DNA of 58,022 nt from Phycisphaerae bacterium (GCA_016929015.1 JAFGJQ010000296.1:1-58022), one strand, 5' to 3'. Shown: positions 10,286 through 20,015, counted from the first letter of the stretch. Notes: a model not told the origin generated them from the sequence alone. Numbers and translations: made by a program.

Positions 10286-10424
10286 ATACAGTCTCCCCGG
10301 GGCGGGCACGGCATTAGTGCGGGCCAACGTCCTCCCGCTCCTCTACGACGCGCCGTCATGCTAAGAAGTTTCTCTCAGGCGGGCAAGCCGAAGAGGAGTT
10401 CGAGTCACCTTCGCGGGCGACGGA

Positions 10425-11180
10425 TCACCCAGGTGGGTCCTCCGATGCGGGCCGCGCCGCCCGCCGACGCATCAGAACGCCGACGATAACCTTCAATCCG
10501 GCCAGCAACCCCAGGACAAGCTGGATGACGACAATCTCAACCGGACTGAGGTTCAGCGCAGCCGAGGACCAGGCAAAAAGCCCATATCGAAACAGACGGC
10601 CCACGAAATACGCCGACGCGAACCGGAACCGGTCGTAACGGGCCGCCACGGCCAGCACGCGGACCACGTCCACCGGAATCGGGATGAAACTGAACGCCGT
10701 GATGGTCCAGAACGGTGATACGCTGAACCAGCGAGCCGCGATGTCGTACACGTGGGTCTGGCGAACCCGCCCCACCGAACGGTATCGCAGCAAGAAGGTC
10801 AGGATGTGATACTCGTTGAGATTGGCCATGGCGGTCGCCAGGGCACAGGTCCCGGCAACCACGAGAACGCGCACCGGCACCGAATCCAGCAACCCCACTT
10901 CGTTGCTGGCCAGCAGCATGACCATCCACGCCGTCGGCAGCGGAAAAAACAGGCAGCACAGCGACAGGTAAAACACCCCCAGCGCCAGAAGCCAGAGGCC
11001 CAGGTGACCGTTTGATCCGGCTTCCGCCCGGCCGATCGCGGCTGTGCAGATGCCGGCCAGCAGCAGCAGCCAGGACAGGTAGACCACGAACCACAGGCGC
11101 AGGTTCTTCCGGTCCTCTCTGGATTCGCCGGTGGACGTCAGAACCCGCCCGAAGCGCTGCCACAGGGTCGAAACGCTCAC
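10425..11180 (-). CDS. VTT / DedA-YqaA-like membrane protein
   Basis: PLPTAW, FSFIPIPVDVVR, GRLFRY. GTG at 11180 overlaps the ATPase stop. Confidence 0.75.
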   Translation of the reverse strand: MSVSTLWQRFGRVLTSTGESREDRKNLRLWFVVYLSWLLLLAGICTAAIGRAEAGSNGHLGLWLLALGVFYLSLCCLFFPLPTAWMVMLLASNEVGLLDSVPVRVLVVAGTCALATAMANLNEYHILTFLLRYRSVGRVRQTHVYDIAARWFSVSPFWTITAFSFIPIPVDVVRVLAVAARYDRFRFASAYFVGRLFRYGLFAWSSAALNLSPVEIVVIQLVLGLLAGLKVIVGVLMRRRAARPASEDPPG

Positions 11181-11842
11181 CGGGCAGGCTCCAGGATGCC
11201 GTCCTTCATGTGCAGCAGGCGGTCCGCCGCGGCCGCACACTCCGCATCGTGTGTGATCATGATGATGGTCAGGCCGTTCGTTTCGTGGAATCGCCGGAAC
11301 AGGCGAATCACGGCCTCGGCATTGGCCGAGTCGAGATTGCCCGTCGGCTCGTCGGCCAGAAGAATGGCCGGCCGGCAGGCCACCGCCCGGGCAATCGCCA
11401 CGCGCTGCTGCTCGCCGATGGACAGGTGCCCGGGCTTGCGATGGGCGCATTCCAGCAGGCCCACGTCGCGCAGGGCCTGGGTCGCCTGGCCGTCGGGCGA
11501 GCCGCCGCGCAGGCGCAGGGCCAGTTCGATGTTGGCCCGGGCGGACAGGGTGCGGAGCAGGTTGAATCGCTGGAAGACGAATCCGATCTTGTCACGGCGG
11601 ATGCGGGTCCGGCCCTGTTCGCCCAGGTCCAGGCAGTCCACCCCGTCAATCCGCAGTTCTTCCGCCGCCGTGGGCGGCGTCATCAGGCCGAGCACGTTGA
11701 GCAGCGTGGTTTTGCCGCAGCCGGACGGCCCCATGACGGCCACGAATTCCCCCGCACGGATGTCGAGGTCAACCCCGCGCAGCACGGGCGCATCCCGATC
11801 TCCGTCGCGGTAAGACTTGCAGACGCTCCGGGCTGTCACCAT
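11177..11842 (-). CDS. ABC transporter ATPase (LolD/MacB-like)
   Basis: GPSGCGKT, LSIGEQQRVAIARA, LADEPTGNLD, ITHD. Confidence 0.95.
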   Translation of the reverse strand: MVTARSVCKSYRDGDRDAPVLRGVDLDIRAGEFVAVMGPSGCGKTTLLNVLGLMTPPTAAEELRIDGVDCLDLGEQGRTRIRRDKIGFVFQRFNLLRTLSARANIELALRLRGGSPDGQATQALRDVGLLECAHRKPGHLSIGEQQRVAIARAVACRPAILLADEPTGNLDSANAEAVIRLFRRFHETNGLTIIMITHDAECAAAADRLLHMKDGILEPAR

Positions 11843-11888
11843 GGGCCGAGACAAGAAATCCTCCGCTGAACGCCGTTCCCCACAGGGT

Positions 11889-13139
11889 CTATTCGTATGA
11901 CAGGGCGGTGGCCGGGTCCAGCCGGGCGGCCCGGTAGCCCGGGTACAACGCACTGACCGCCCCGCCGACCAGCCCCACCCCCACCGCCAGCAACAGAAAC
12001 CGAGCCTGGATGTCCACCGTGGACAGCGGCATCGCCACCGTCACGACGGCCCGCACGCCGTAGGCCAGCGCAATGCCGAACGCCGTGCCCAACGCGCAGA
12101 TCAGCATTGACTCGCACAGCACGGTGCGAAGCACGTATCGCCGCGTGGCCCCCAGCGAGCGCAGAACGCCGATCTCCCGGGTCCGCTCCAGGATCAGTGT
12201 GTACATCGTCAGCATGATGAACAGAAAGCACACCGCCAGGGCCACGCCGCTGGCCAGGTTGATGTACGTGTACATCTGGGCGAAGCTGTCGCGCAGCAGC
12301 GAGCCGTACTGCGTTTTGAGCTCCACCGTCGCATTGAGCTTGCCGGACAGCAGGTCCGCCGCCGCCTCCGCCTGCTCGGGATCACGCAGTTTCACGAAAA
12401 ACATGCTCGACCACGGCACGCCCCCGTTGAGGATGTGCCGGATGGTCTGAATGGGGGCGAACACGCGCCCCGCCACGCCCGCCTCCACGATGCCCACGAT
12501 GCGGAAACGGTGGCCGAATACGTCGGTCTCGTCGCCGACCTTGTATCCCCCCACACGGGCCAGCCGGGTGTCGATCAGCAGTTCGCAGCCCGCGTGCAGG
12601 TCTTCGGGCCGCACGAGTTCCGGGTCGTACCGGCGCTGGTCGCCGCGCAGAGTCTCCAGGCGATCCTTGAAGGCCCGGCCGCCGGGGAACACTTCCCCCG
12701 CCTCCAGGCGCCGACTGCCCAGGAACCCCGGCATGTCGTCCGGGTCGATCCCGAACAGCCGCTGCTGCTGCCCGCCCAGGCGGATGGTGTCCAGAAAGAC
12801 CGGCACGGCCCGGTCGACCACCGGGCGGCCGTCCAGCTCGGCGGATTGGATGAGATGCACGTACGTGTCCGGAAAAATGGCGCCGCCCTGGAAGATGACG
12901 TTGGCGTGGCGCGGCAGCACGATCAACTCCGCGTCCACGCTCTCCATCCGGCCGGCCACCTCGTTCAGCGTGCCGTGTGAGAGGCTGAGTTGCACAACCA
13001 TCATGCCCACGCCAATTCCGACGGCCGCGGCGCAGAGCACGGTCCGCAGCTTATGGTGCATCAGGTTCGCCAGCGGCAGCAGCACGGTTTCGCGTTCTCC
13101 GGCGGGTTCGGGCGGTCCTTCCGGGTCTGTGCATGCCAT
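11889..13139 (-). CDS. ABC permease, MacB/FtsX (LolC/E-like) family
   Basis: N-terminal TM, periplasmic domain, ERTREIGVLRSLGA, C-terminal YPGYRAARLDPATAL. Confidence 0.92.
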   Translation of the reverse strand: MACTDPEGPPEPAGERETVLLPLANLMHHKLRTVLCAAAVGIGVGMMVVQLSLSHGTLNEVAGRMESVDAELIVLPRHANVIFQGGAIFPDTYVHLIQSAELDGRPVVDRAVPVFLDTIRLGGQQQRLFGIDPDDMPGFLGSRRLEAGEVFPGGRAFKDRLETLRGDQRRYDPELVRPEDLHAGCELLIDTRLARVGGYKVGDETDVFGHRFRIVGIVEAGVAGRVFAPIQTIRHILNGGVPWSSMFFVKLRDPEQAEAAADLLSGKLNATVELKTQYGSLLRDSFAQMYTYINLASGVALAVCFLFIMLTMYTLILERTREIGVLRSLGATRRYVLRTVLCESMLICALGTAFGIALAYGVRAVVTVAMPLSTVDIQARFLLLAVGVGLVGGAVSALYPGYRAARLDPATALSYE

Positions 13140-13159
13140 GCCCCGATTCCGCGGGGCTC

Positions 13160-13187
13160 AGTGTAGTCGGTGTGCCGATCGGTTCAA
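13160..13187 (-). promoter_or_regulatory. Putative sigma70-type promoter for the ABC operon
   Basis: TTGAAC-16-TACACT on the minus strand upstream of the permease. Confidence 0.4.
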
Positions 13188-13255
13188 ACGGTGCCGCCGC
13201 GGCGTATAGCCCGGGCGGCACTCCTTGAGAGAACACGAGCCTTTGCACCTGCGCC

Positions 13256-13296
13256 AATAAAGAAAGCACCAAACGCCACGGGGGCATCCGGTGCTT
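13256..13296 (-). terminator. Intrinsic terminator
   Basis: Minus strand AAAGCACCGGATGCC-CCGT-GGCGTTTGGTGCTTT followed by CTTTATT. Confidence 0.7.
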
Positions 13297-13450
13297 TCCG
13301 GAGGGGAAAGAAGCGTCATTCGCTTCGTAGCGTGCGAATTTCTGTTCAGGATCGCCGGCCCGGCGTTTGTGGCCCTCCTGTCCCGCCCAGATCCAACCCC
13401 CCACACGTAAGCTACGGTAATCCGTTAGCCGGTGGGGCCGAAGCCTTACA
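13258..13450 (-). ncRNA. Putative orphan small RNA (~190 nt) or attenuating leader
   Basis: Bounded by TTGCGG-17-GATAAT (13457-13485) and the terminator at 13256-13296. Internal hairpins, no convincing ORF. Confidence 0.4.
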
Positions 13451-13525
13451 CTTAGCATTATCGGCTGTTCTTCCCCCGTCCGCAATGGGGTATTTGCCGT
13501 AAAACTCTGCTGTACAAAGGGAAAC

Positions 13526-13570
13526 AGAGGTTGACGCTTTGCTTTCTTATCGAGAACGGGGTCAACCTCT
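13526..13570 (-). terminator. 10-bp inverted repeat after the glycogen synthase stop (terminator or operator)
   Basis: agaggttgac-N25-gtcaacctct, followed on the minus strand by gtttcccttt. Confidence 0.45.
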
Positions 13571-13583
13571 CTTGCCTAGATTA

Positions 13584-15383
13584 TCAGGACGTGAAGGCCC
13601 GAGACAGGGCCAGTTCGTGGGCATGCCGGTAATACGAGTAGAGACTGTTCCAGTCGAAGAGTTCGGACAGTCGCTCCGTGCGGTTCCGCAGAGCAATCCG
13701 CTCTCGACGACTGAGGCGGGTGAACTCGTGCAGAATGCGAGCGAGCTGGCCGATGGACTCGTCCGTGCTCACGTCCCTCCGGTTCACGATGAAGAGTCCC
13801 TTGTGTTCGTGGTCTTCCACGTGGGCATGCACGAAGGCGCCGAAGCCGGAGAGGTTTGAGCAGACGGACGGCACGCCCATCACCGTGCATTCGGCCGGTG
13901 TGTAGCCCCAGGGCTCGTAATACGACGGAAAGACGCCGAGGTGGCAACCCCGCACGAATTCCTCGTAATCCATTCCGAAGAGCGGATTCGTCGAGACGAT
14001 GAATTCCGGGTGATACACCACTTTCACCCGATCCTGCGCCGTGTTGAAAAGCCCTCGATGCCGAAGGTGGTTCAAGATGGGGTCGTGGGCATCGTCCACC
14101 ATGTTGTGAGTCACGACCGCCGGCGGGACCGTTCGCCGGCGTGAGTAGATCATCCGCTTGAGGCGGACAATTTCCGCATCGTTGATCAGCGCGTCCACGT
14201 CGGGAAGCCGCCCGCCGGCCACCGCCCGCACGATTCGCTCTCCCACCCGATTGGTAATCTGATTGCAGGCCTTGCGCAGCTCCTCGATCATGAACCGGTT
14301 CTTCAGCACGTCCACGTTCATGCTGTGCGTCGCCGCCGGAACCACCAGGAACGCCACGACCGTCACGTCGCTGCCCTCCTGCCGCAGGATCCCGTTGAGC
14401 CGGGCCAGCGCCTCGATGAACAGATCGATGCCCTTGTTGCGATACTCATAACGGCCGGCCACGAACGTGTAGAGGGTCTTGTCCAGGTCAAACGAGTATG
14501 ACCCGAAGAAATGCCCGCGGACGAACTCGTGAATCTTCTCCTTGTACTCCGCGTGCAGCGTTTGGAACTGGTGCAGCGCCTCGAACCGCTCCACGCGAAG
14601 GCCGTTCGGCAGCACCACCTCCGGCCGGCGGCCCAGGAGATGCTCCGCCTCGCGGCCCGTCACTTCCGAAACGGTTGTGAACACGTGTGCCCCGTGGGCC
14701 GCCGCCCGCTCGATGGAGTGGCGATGGTGCACGTTCAGCCGTCCGGCCTCTGCGTCCGGGTTCATCCAGGGCAGCCGTCGGTAGAAATCACCATCCGTCG
14801 CGCAGACGTATCGTCCCAGCAATGTGGCATGGGTTGTGAACAGCGTCGCCACGGGCAGATTGTGGTGGCGGATCAGCGGAATGGCCATCGAGGCCATCCA
14901 CTCATGGAAGTGAGCGATGGCCCGATGCCGGCTGCCGTGGCACCGGGCAAACTCCTGGAAGAAGCGACAGACCATGGCGCCGAAGACCACGGCGTCGTTC
15001 GTTTCCGGATCGCCGCCGGGCGACGAGAGCCGACAAGACTCCCAGAACCATCTCTTCCAGTTATCGAGATTGAAGTACGCGTGGCCGACGTCCAGCAGTA
15101 GGACCCGCGGATTGCCCGTGATCAGCCACCGTCCGAAGTGGGCCTGGATGCCTTCCTGTCGCAGTGTGGCCAGCACCGGCTTGAGCAGTTCCCCCGGCTC
15201 CAGGGGCTCGTACTCGACACTGGCCGTCTCGTGGACATACGGTCCGATCAGCGTGTACCAGTCTCCCCAGGCTGCGACGGCATGGGGCGCCTTCGACCGC
15301 AAGACCGTGTAGATCCCTCCAATCTTGCGGCACGTTTCCCAGGAAATCTCAAAAAGAACGGGTTGTGAGGGGTCGGTACTCAT
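13584..15383 (-). CDS. Glycogen synthase, GT3 (eukaryote/Bacteroidota-type)
   Basis: FEISWE, KIGGIYTV, HFHEW, FTTHATLLGRY, GRYEYRNKG, FPSYYEPWGYTPAEC. Confidence 0.93.
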   Translation of the reverse strand: MSTDPSQPVLFEISWETCRKIGGIYTVLRSKAPHAVAAWGDWYTLIGPYVHETASVEYEPLEPGELLKPVLATLRQEGIQAHFGRWLITGNPRVLLLDVGHAYFNLDNWKRWFWESCRLSSPGGDPETNDAVVFGAMVCRFFQEFARCHGSRHRAIAHFHEWMASMAIPLIRHHNLPVATLFTTHATLLGRYVCATDGDFYRRLPWMNPDAEAGRLNVHHRHSIERAAAHGAHVFTTVSEVTGREAEHLLGRRPEVVLPNGLRVERFEALHQFQTLHAEYKEKIHEFVRGHFFGSYSFDLDKTLYTFVAGRYEYRNKGIDLFIEALARLNGILRQEGSDVTVVAFLVVPAATHSMNVDVLKNRFMIEELRKACNQITNRVGERIVRAVAGGRLPDVDALINDAEIVRLKRMIYSRRRTVPPAVVTHNMVDDAHDPILNHLRHRGLFNTAQDRVKVVYHPEFIVSTNPLFGMDYEEFVRGCHLGVFPSYYEPWGYTPAECTVMGVPSVCSNLSGFGAFVHAHVEDHEHKGLFIVNRRDVSTDESIGQLARILHEFTRLSRRERIALRNRTERLSELFDWNSLYSYYRHAHELALSRAFTS

Positions 15384-15544
15384 GCCCCGAATGTTGTAGG
15401 CTGTGGCCGGAAGCGCGTCAAACCCCCGCGGAGTGCCCGGCTGGGGTCCACGCGGCACCAAACGGGAACGCAGCGGCGACTTCCTTGCTTGCTGCAATAG
15501 CCCGGGGCAAGATTCGCCCCCGACAGACGGAGAGGCAGCGATTG

Positions 15545-16354
15545 ATGAAGATTCAGGGTTTGTTGCTGGACGTGGAGGGTGTACTGGTCGCAGACAAGCG
15601 ATATCAGCGGGTGGCCGGCGCACCGGAGTTCGTGGTTCAGATGCGCCAACGGGGACTGCCTCTGCGGCTGATCACGAACAACACGACCGACGCGCCGTCC
15701 GCGCTGCTGGACCGGCTGCGTGTGGCCGGTTTCGAGTTCTCTCCCGCTGAACTGCACACATGCACGACGGCAGGCGTCCGCCACCTGCACCAGGTGGGCG
15801 CGGCGCGGTGCCTGGTTCTCGGTTCGGACGCACTGCGGGCACTACTGATGGATGCAGGTCTTATCTGCGTCGAGGACAGCCGGGTCGACGCGGTGGTGGT
15901 GGGGCTGGACACGCAGCTCACGTATGAGCGGCTGCGGCTGGCGTGCGAGGCGATTCTGGACCACCAGGCCCAGTTCGTTGCGATGCACCGCAACCGGCTG
16001 TTCCCGGACGATCAGGGACGCCGCTCGCCGAGCGTCGGTCCGATCGTGGCGGCCATCTGCGAAGCGACGCGGGTCGAGCCGGTCGTGGTGGGCAAGCCAT
16101 CGCCGGAGTTCTACGGCCCGGCCCTGGCCGATCTGGCCCTCCCACCGGAGCGCGTGCTGGTGGTCTCCGACGATCCGTTTTCCGACCTGGTAGGGGCCCG
16201 GCGCCTGCGGATGAAGGCCGCCTTCGTTCTGTCGGGCAAATACACGGACGCAGACGTGGCACACCACATCGACCCGCGCGAGCGGCCGCATGTTGTTGTT
16301 CCGGGGATCGCGGACCTGCTCACGTGCGAGGCGGTGGAGTTCGTTCGCCCGTGA
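15545..16354 (+). CDS. HAD-IIA hydrolase (NagD/LHPP-like)
   Basis: LLDVEGVL, ITNNTT, VGKPS, SDDPFSDL. Confidence 0.88.
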   Translation: MKIQGLLLDVEGVLVADKRYQRVAGAPEFVVQMRQRGLPLRLITNNTTDAPSALLDRLRVAGFEFSPAELHTCTTAGVRHLHQVGAARCLVLGSDALRALLMDAGLICVEDSRVDAVVVGLDTQLTYERLRLACEAILDHQAQFVAMHRNRLFPDDQGRRSPSVGPIVAAICEATRVEPVVVGKPSPEFYGPALADLALPPERVLVVSDDPFSDLVGARRLRMKAAFVLSGKYTDADVAHHIDPRERPHVVVPGIADLLTCEAVEFVRP

Positions 16355-16408
16355 CCGCGGGACGATTGCGCTGCGCCGGGCATCGGGGCCGGCCGACGGC
16401 GCCGGTTG

Positions 16409-16795
16409 TCAGAAGAAACTCCAGCCGGGCGGCGGGCTTCTGTCGATCAGGTCCGCCAGGTTGACGCAAGTCGTTTCGTAGATGTCAAAGCAATTCTTCC
16501 AGCGGATGGCCACGAAGACGTAGATGAGCAGGAGGGCGCCGGACGCGAATTCGGCAATGAACTTGCGGCGGAAAGTGTATAGCCCGACCGTGCCGATCGC
16601 CACCAGGGCGATCTTGTACGTCATGAGCATGCCCGGCCCAAACGGGAGAATCCGCGCCGCGATGGGGTTGGACTCGTCCAGCAAACGATGCTGGTGAGCC
16701 AGGACGGTCATGATCAGGTCGAAGAGGTTGACGATCCACAGCCCAATCAGCAGCCAGCAGACGCGCCGGCTTCGATGCTGATCGAGCGACGCCAT
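16409..16795 (-). CDS. DUF5658-like small membrane protein (start uncertain, may extend upstream)
   Basis: NLFDLIMT...ESNP...YK pattern with 3 TM helices. Confidence 0.65.
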   Translation of the reverse strand: MASLDQHRSRRVCWLLIGLWIVNLFDLIMTVLAHQHRLLDESNPIAARILPFGPGMLMTYKIALVAIGTVGLYTFRRKFIAEFASGALLLIYVFVAIRWKNCFDIYETTCVNLADLIDRSPPPGWSFF

Positions 16796-17220
16796 CCAGC
16801 GGGTCCACCCCCGCGTCTCCGTCAACGGAGAGAGTGTGCCGGTCGGCGGGATGGAACTGGGGATTCTCACATTCGGAACATCGTCAGGAAATCTGGCCGC
16901 CTTGATCGTCGGCCCGGCGGCGGATCGCCCCCGGACCGCGGCGAGAGTTTCCGGACCCGGTCGGGTGCTGTGCCGATGGGAAGAGGTTCCCGCGGCACTC
17001 GCACCGGCTGACTGCCGTCGGTGCGGCTCCCCCGGTTCTGATAACGGCCCGGCGGTCCTCACCCAGGCGATCCGGGCGAGGCGGCGGTGATCGCCACGAA
17101 CCAACAACTCGCTATTCTGCACGCGCGACCCGCCCACACCAATACAGAACCCAGGAAGTCAAGTACTGCTGAACCACCTTGACAATTGCGCCACAGACGG
17201 ATTGAGATGCCCCCACTACA

Positions 17221-17457
17221 ATGAAGCGGAAGGAAAAGCCCATCCGATATGAAAAACACGCCCTCAAACGGATGGGCGAACGGAGTGTATCGACGGATCA
17301 GGTTGAAAGAGCCGTTCGTTCCCCCGATGGGGAGCGCGTTGCCAGGCGAGAGGGCGCGACGAGGCTGGAGAAACGGTTTTCGGCGCGCCGGCGACTTGTT
17401 GTGATCATCGAGGAAGAGCACTCGTTCGTACGGGTCGTTACGACGTTTTGGTCCTGA
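17221..17457 (+). CDS. DUF4258 family putative RelE/BrnT-like toxin
   Basis: IRYEKHALKRMGERSV...RLVVII...VRVVTTF; 78 aa, basic. Confidence 0.75.
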   Translation: MKRKEKPIRYEKHALKRMGERSVSTDQVERAVRSPDGERVARREGATRLEKRFSARRRLVVIIEEEHSFVRVVTTFWS

Positions 17458-17462
17458 GTAGC

Positions 17463-17747
17463 ATGGCGACACCAGACGTGGGTTTTGAGATCTCGACCAG
17501 TGCCCGCGGCGACGGCACGCTTGAAGCGGTCTACATCCGCCTGGCCAGGGGCAAGGTTGCCCGGACCGTGGAGATTGTCGAGGACATTGTTCTGGCCGAC
17601 TACAATTCACGAGGCAGGCTGTTGGGCATTGAGCTACTCGCGCCGGTCAGGCTGCCCGACATCGCAAACCTCATCGACACACCGCGTCGCGCAGGGTTCC
17701 GCAAGGCCGTTCGGAAAGCCGCGCCGCAGGAGTTCGTTCTTACCTGA
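17463..17747 (+). CDS. DUF2283 family putative antitoxin
   Basis: AVYIRL...VARTVEI...LADYNSRGRLLGIELL. Confidence 0.8.
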   Translation: MATPDVGFEISTSARGDGTLEAVYIRLARGKVARTVEIVEDIVLADYNSRGRLLGIELLAPVRLPDIANLIDTPRRAGFRKAVRKAAPQEFVLT

Positions 17748-17952
17748 TCCGCCGCCGAAGTCCGATCAACGTGCATTTCCCCGCCCTGTGCATCTGACCC
17801 GCGAGGATCGGGGAGACAACCTGCAGCGTCTTGACGAGTCACCGATTTGGAACCAGAATCGCGCCGAGTGCGGCGTACGCCGTGTGCGGAGTTGTCTGGG
17901 TGCCCCTGATCTGAGTGCACGGGTTCAGAAACGTGGCGAGAGGGTTTCTGTG

Positions 17953-18597
17953 ATGCGTATCAGACGTGCCATTGAAACGGCGTTCGCCGCGGGGCTTTCG
18001 GCGGCTTTCGCCGGCTGCGCGCAGAACGATGTGGATCACCTGGCGATGCTCTCCCAGAAGGTCGACCAGGTTTCCGCGGAAAACGAGTCACTCAAGCAGG
18101 AACTCGCCAAGCGCGACGCGACCATCGAGGGCCTGCGGACCCAGATGAACAACCTGCTCGACCTGGGACCCGGACGACTGGATCATCTCTTCGTCACCCA
18201 CAAGATCGAACTGGTGCGACTGACCGGCGGCGCCGACTACGACGGGAAGCCGGGGGATGACGGCGTAACGGTCTACCTCCGGCCACTCGACGCGCAGGGA
18301 GACCCGATCAAGGCGGCGGGCGAGATCCGGATTCAGCTTTTCGACCTCAGCCGGGAAGGGCAGCCGCGGGAGATCGGGCTGTACGTGGTCAATGACCCGG
18401 GCCAGCTCCGGGCCGCCTGGCAAAGCGGATTCCTGACCGACCACTACACCATCCGATGCGGCTGGCAGCCGGGCGTCGGCCCGCCGGAATCGCGGGAAGT
18501 CACGGTGCGGGCGGTGTTTCGCGACTGGCTGACGGGTCGTGAGTTCACCGACCAGAAGCAGGTAGCGGTTTCGCTGGTAAGCGCCCCCGCGGGATGA
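17953..18597 (+). CDS. Hypothetical lipoprotein with coiled coil and beta-sandwich
   Basis: Lipobox FAGC, heptad region, YLRPLDAQGDPIKAAG. Confidence 0.7.
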   Translation: MRIRRAIETAFAAGLSAAFAGCAQNDVDHLAMLSQKVDQVSAENESLKQELAKRDATIEGLRTQMNNLLDLGPGRLDHLFVTHKIELVRLTGGADYDGKPGDDGVTVYLRPLDAQGDPIKAAGEIRIQLFDLSREGQPREIGLYVVNDPGQLRAAWQSGFLTDHYTIRCGWQPGVGPPESREVTVRAVFRDWLTGREFTDQKQVAVSLVSAPAG

Positions 18598-18720
18598 GCG
18601 ACGGGCCCGGCTTCGGGGGGGCGGCATCTTGCCCAGGAACCGGGAAGTGCCTATCCTAACAGGCAGAGGGTCGGGGCATCGTTTCGGAAGCGGTCCTGAC
18701 CGTCACTGGGGTTTGCAGCC

Positions 18721-19077
18721 ATGCCAGAGAATTCGAGAGGCGAACAAGCAGCAGAGCCGCCGGCGGAGCCGGGCGGCGAGGACGCGGCCGGTGCCGTCGC
18801 GACCGAGCAGCAGCCGACTCGCATGGCGCCTCGCCTGCTGCCCCCATACAAGGTGCTGCTGCACAACGACGACGTGAACGAGTTCACGTACGTCATCTCC
18901 GCCATCGTCAAGCTGACGCCGCTGTCGCGGGAAGAGGCCATCCATCGCACGTTGGAGGCCCATGAGACGGGCATCACCCTTCTGATGGTCACGCACAAAG
19001 AGCGGGCCGAGCTGATTCAGGAGCAGTTCGCCGCGTGCAGTCTGACCGTCACCATCGAGCCAGACGAAGCCGGCTGA
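18721..19077 (+). CDS. clpS: ClpAP adaptor ClpS
   Basis: PPYKVLLHNDDVN, EAHETG, LTVTIEP. Confidence 0.92.
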   Translation: MPENSRGEQAAEPPAEPGGEDAAGAVATEQQPTRMAPRLLPPYKVLLHNDDVNEFTYVISAIVKLTPLSREEAIHRTLEAHETGITLLMVTHKERAELIQEQFAACSLTVTIEPDEAG

Positions 19078-19173
19078 CGGTGCCGCGCGGCGAGGTTTCC
19101 CGGAAGGAAAGCGACGGGTAACGACCTGCGGGGTGATCGCTGCGCCGCTTGCCAGGGCCGCCCCACCGCTGCA

Positions 19174-19201
19174 TTTACACACCCACAGGCACACCTATAA
19201 T
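19174..19201 (+). promoter_or_regulatory. Putative sigma70-type promoter for pdxJ
   Basis: TTTACA-16-TATAAT. Confidence 0.55.
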
Positions 19202-19274
19202 GGCCGTCCGAGGGCCGCGGGCCCTCCGGGTGCGGGGAAAGACCTTTGCACCACCCCCGCAGGAATGGTGAACG

Positions 19275-20015
19275 ATGGCACGGCTGGGTGTGAATATTGA
19301 CCACGTGGCGACCGTTCGGCAGGCGCGGCGTACGGACGAGCCGGATCCGGTCTGGGCCGCCGTGGAGGCGGAGCTGGGCGGGGCCGACGGCATCACCGTG
19401 CATCTGCGGGAAGACCGCCGTCACATCGCGGACCGGGACGTGGTCCTGCTGCGGCAGACCGTCGGCGTGAAACTGAACCTGGAGATGTCCGTCGCGGATG
19501 AGATCGTGAACATCGCCCGCGAGGTCCAGCCCGACCAGGCCACGCTGGTACCGGAGCGTCGGGAGGAGCTGACCACGGAAGGCGGGCTGGACGTGGTCCG
19601 GCACCGCGACCGGGTTCGTGACGCGGTGAGCCGGCTGCACGAGGCGGGGATTGTCGTTTCGGCCTTCATCGAGCCGGTCGCGGATCAGATTCGGGCCTCT
19701 CGCGACGTCGGGTGCGAGGCGGTGGAACTCTGGACCGGGGCGTATGCCCACGCCGCAGATGCCGAGGCTTTCGAGAAGGCGGTGAATGACCTGCAGGCGG
19801 GGATCGAGTTGGGTCATTCGCTGGGTCTGGACGTGCACGGCGGGCATGGTCTGACCTATCGTAACGTGGGCCCCATCGCGTCCATGCGGGGTTTCTCGGA
19901 GTTTAACATCGGGCACTCCGTCGTTTCGCGGGCGGTGCTCGTGGGTATGCGGGAGGCGGTGCGGCAGATGAAGGCACTGCTGGAGCGGTACAAGCCGCGG
20001 GAGACAGGATCATGA
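19275..20015 (+). CDS. pdxJ: Pyridoxine 5'-phosphate synthase
   Basis: [43 protein letters not shown]. Confidence 0.97.
   Translation: MARLGVNIDHVATVRQARRTDEPDPVWAAVEAELGGADGITVHLREDRRHIADRDVVLLRQTVGVKLNLEMSVADEIVNIAREVQPDQATLVPERREELTTEGGLDVVRHRDRVRDAVSRLHEAGIVVSAFIEPVADQIRASRDVGCEAVELWTGAYAHAADAEAFEKAVNDLQAGIELGHSLGLDVHGGHGLTYRNVGPIASMRGFSEFNIGHSVVSRAVLVGMREAVRQMKALLERYKPRETGS

Noticed and set aside
13258-13450. Definite CsrB-like or 6S RNA call
   Set aside because: GGA density is near chance at this GC content and I cannot see a 6S-like rod. It is kept only as an unassigned sRNA candidate.
19092-19130. SRP (4.5S) RNA-like string AGGTTTCCCGGAAGGAAAGC after clpS
   Set aside because: The spacing does not fit the CAGG-3bp-GNRA-3bp-AGCAG helix-8 geometry; probably an ordinary hairpin.
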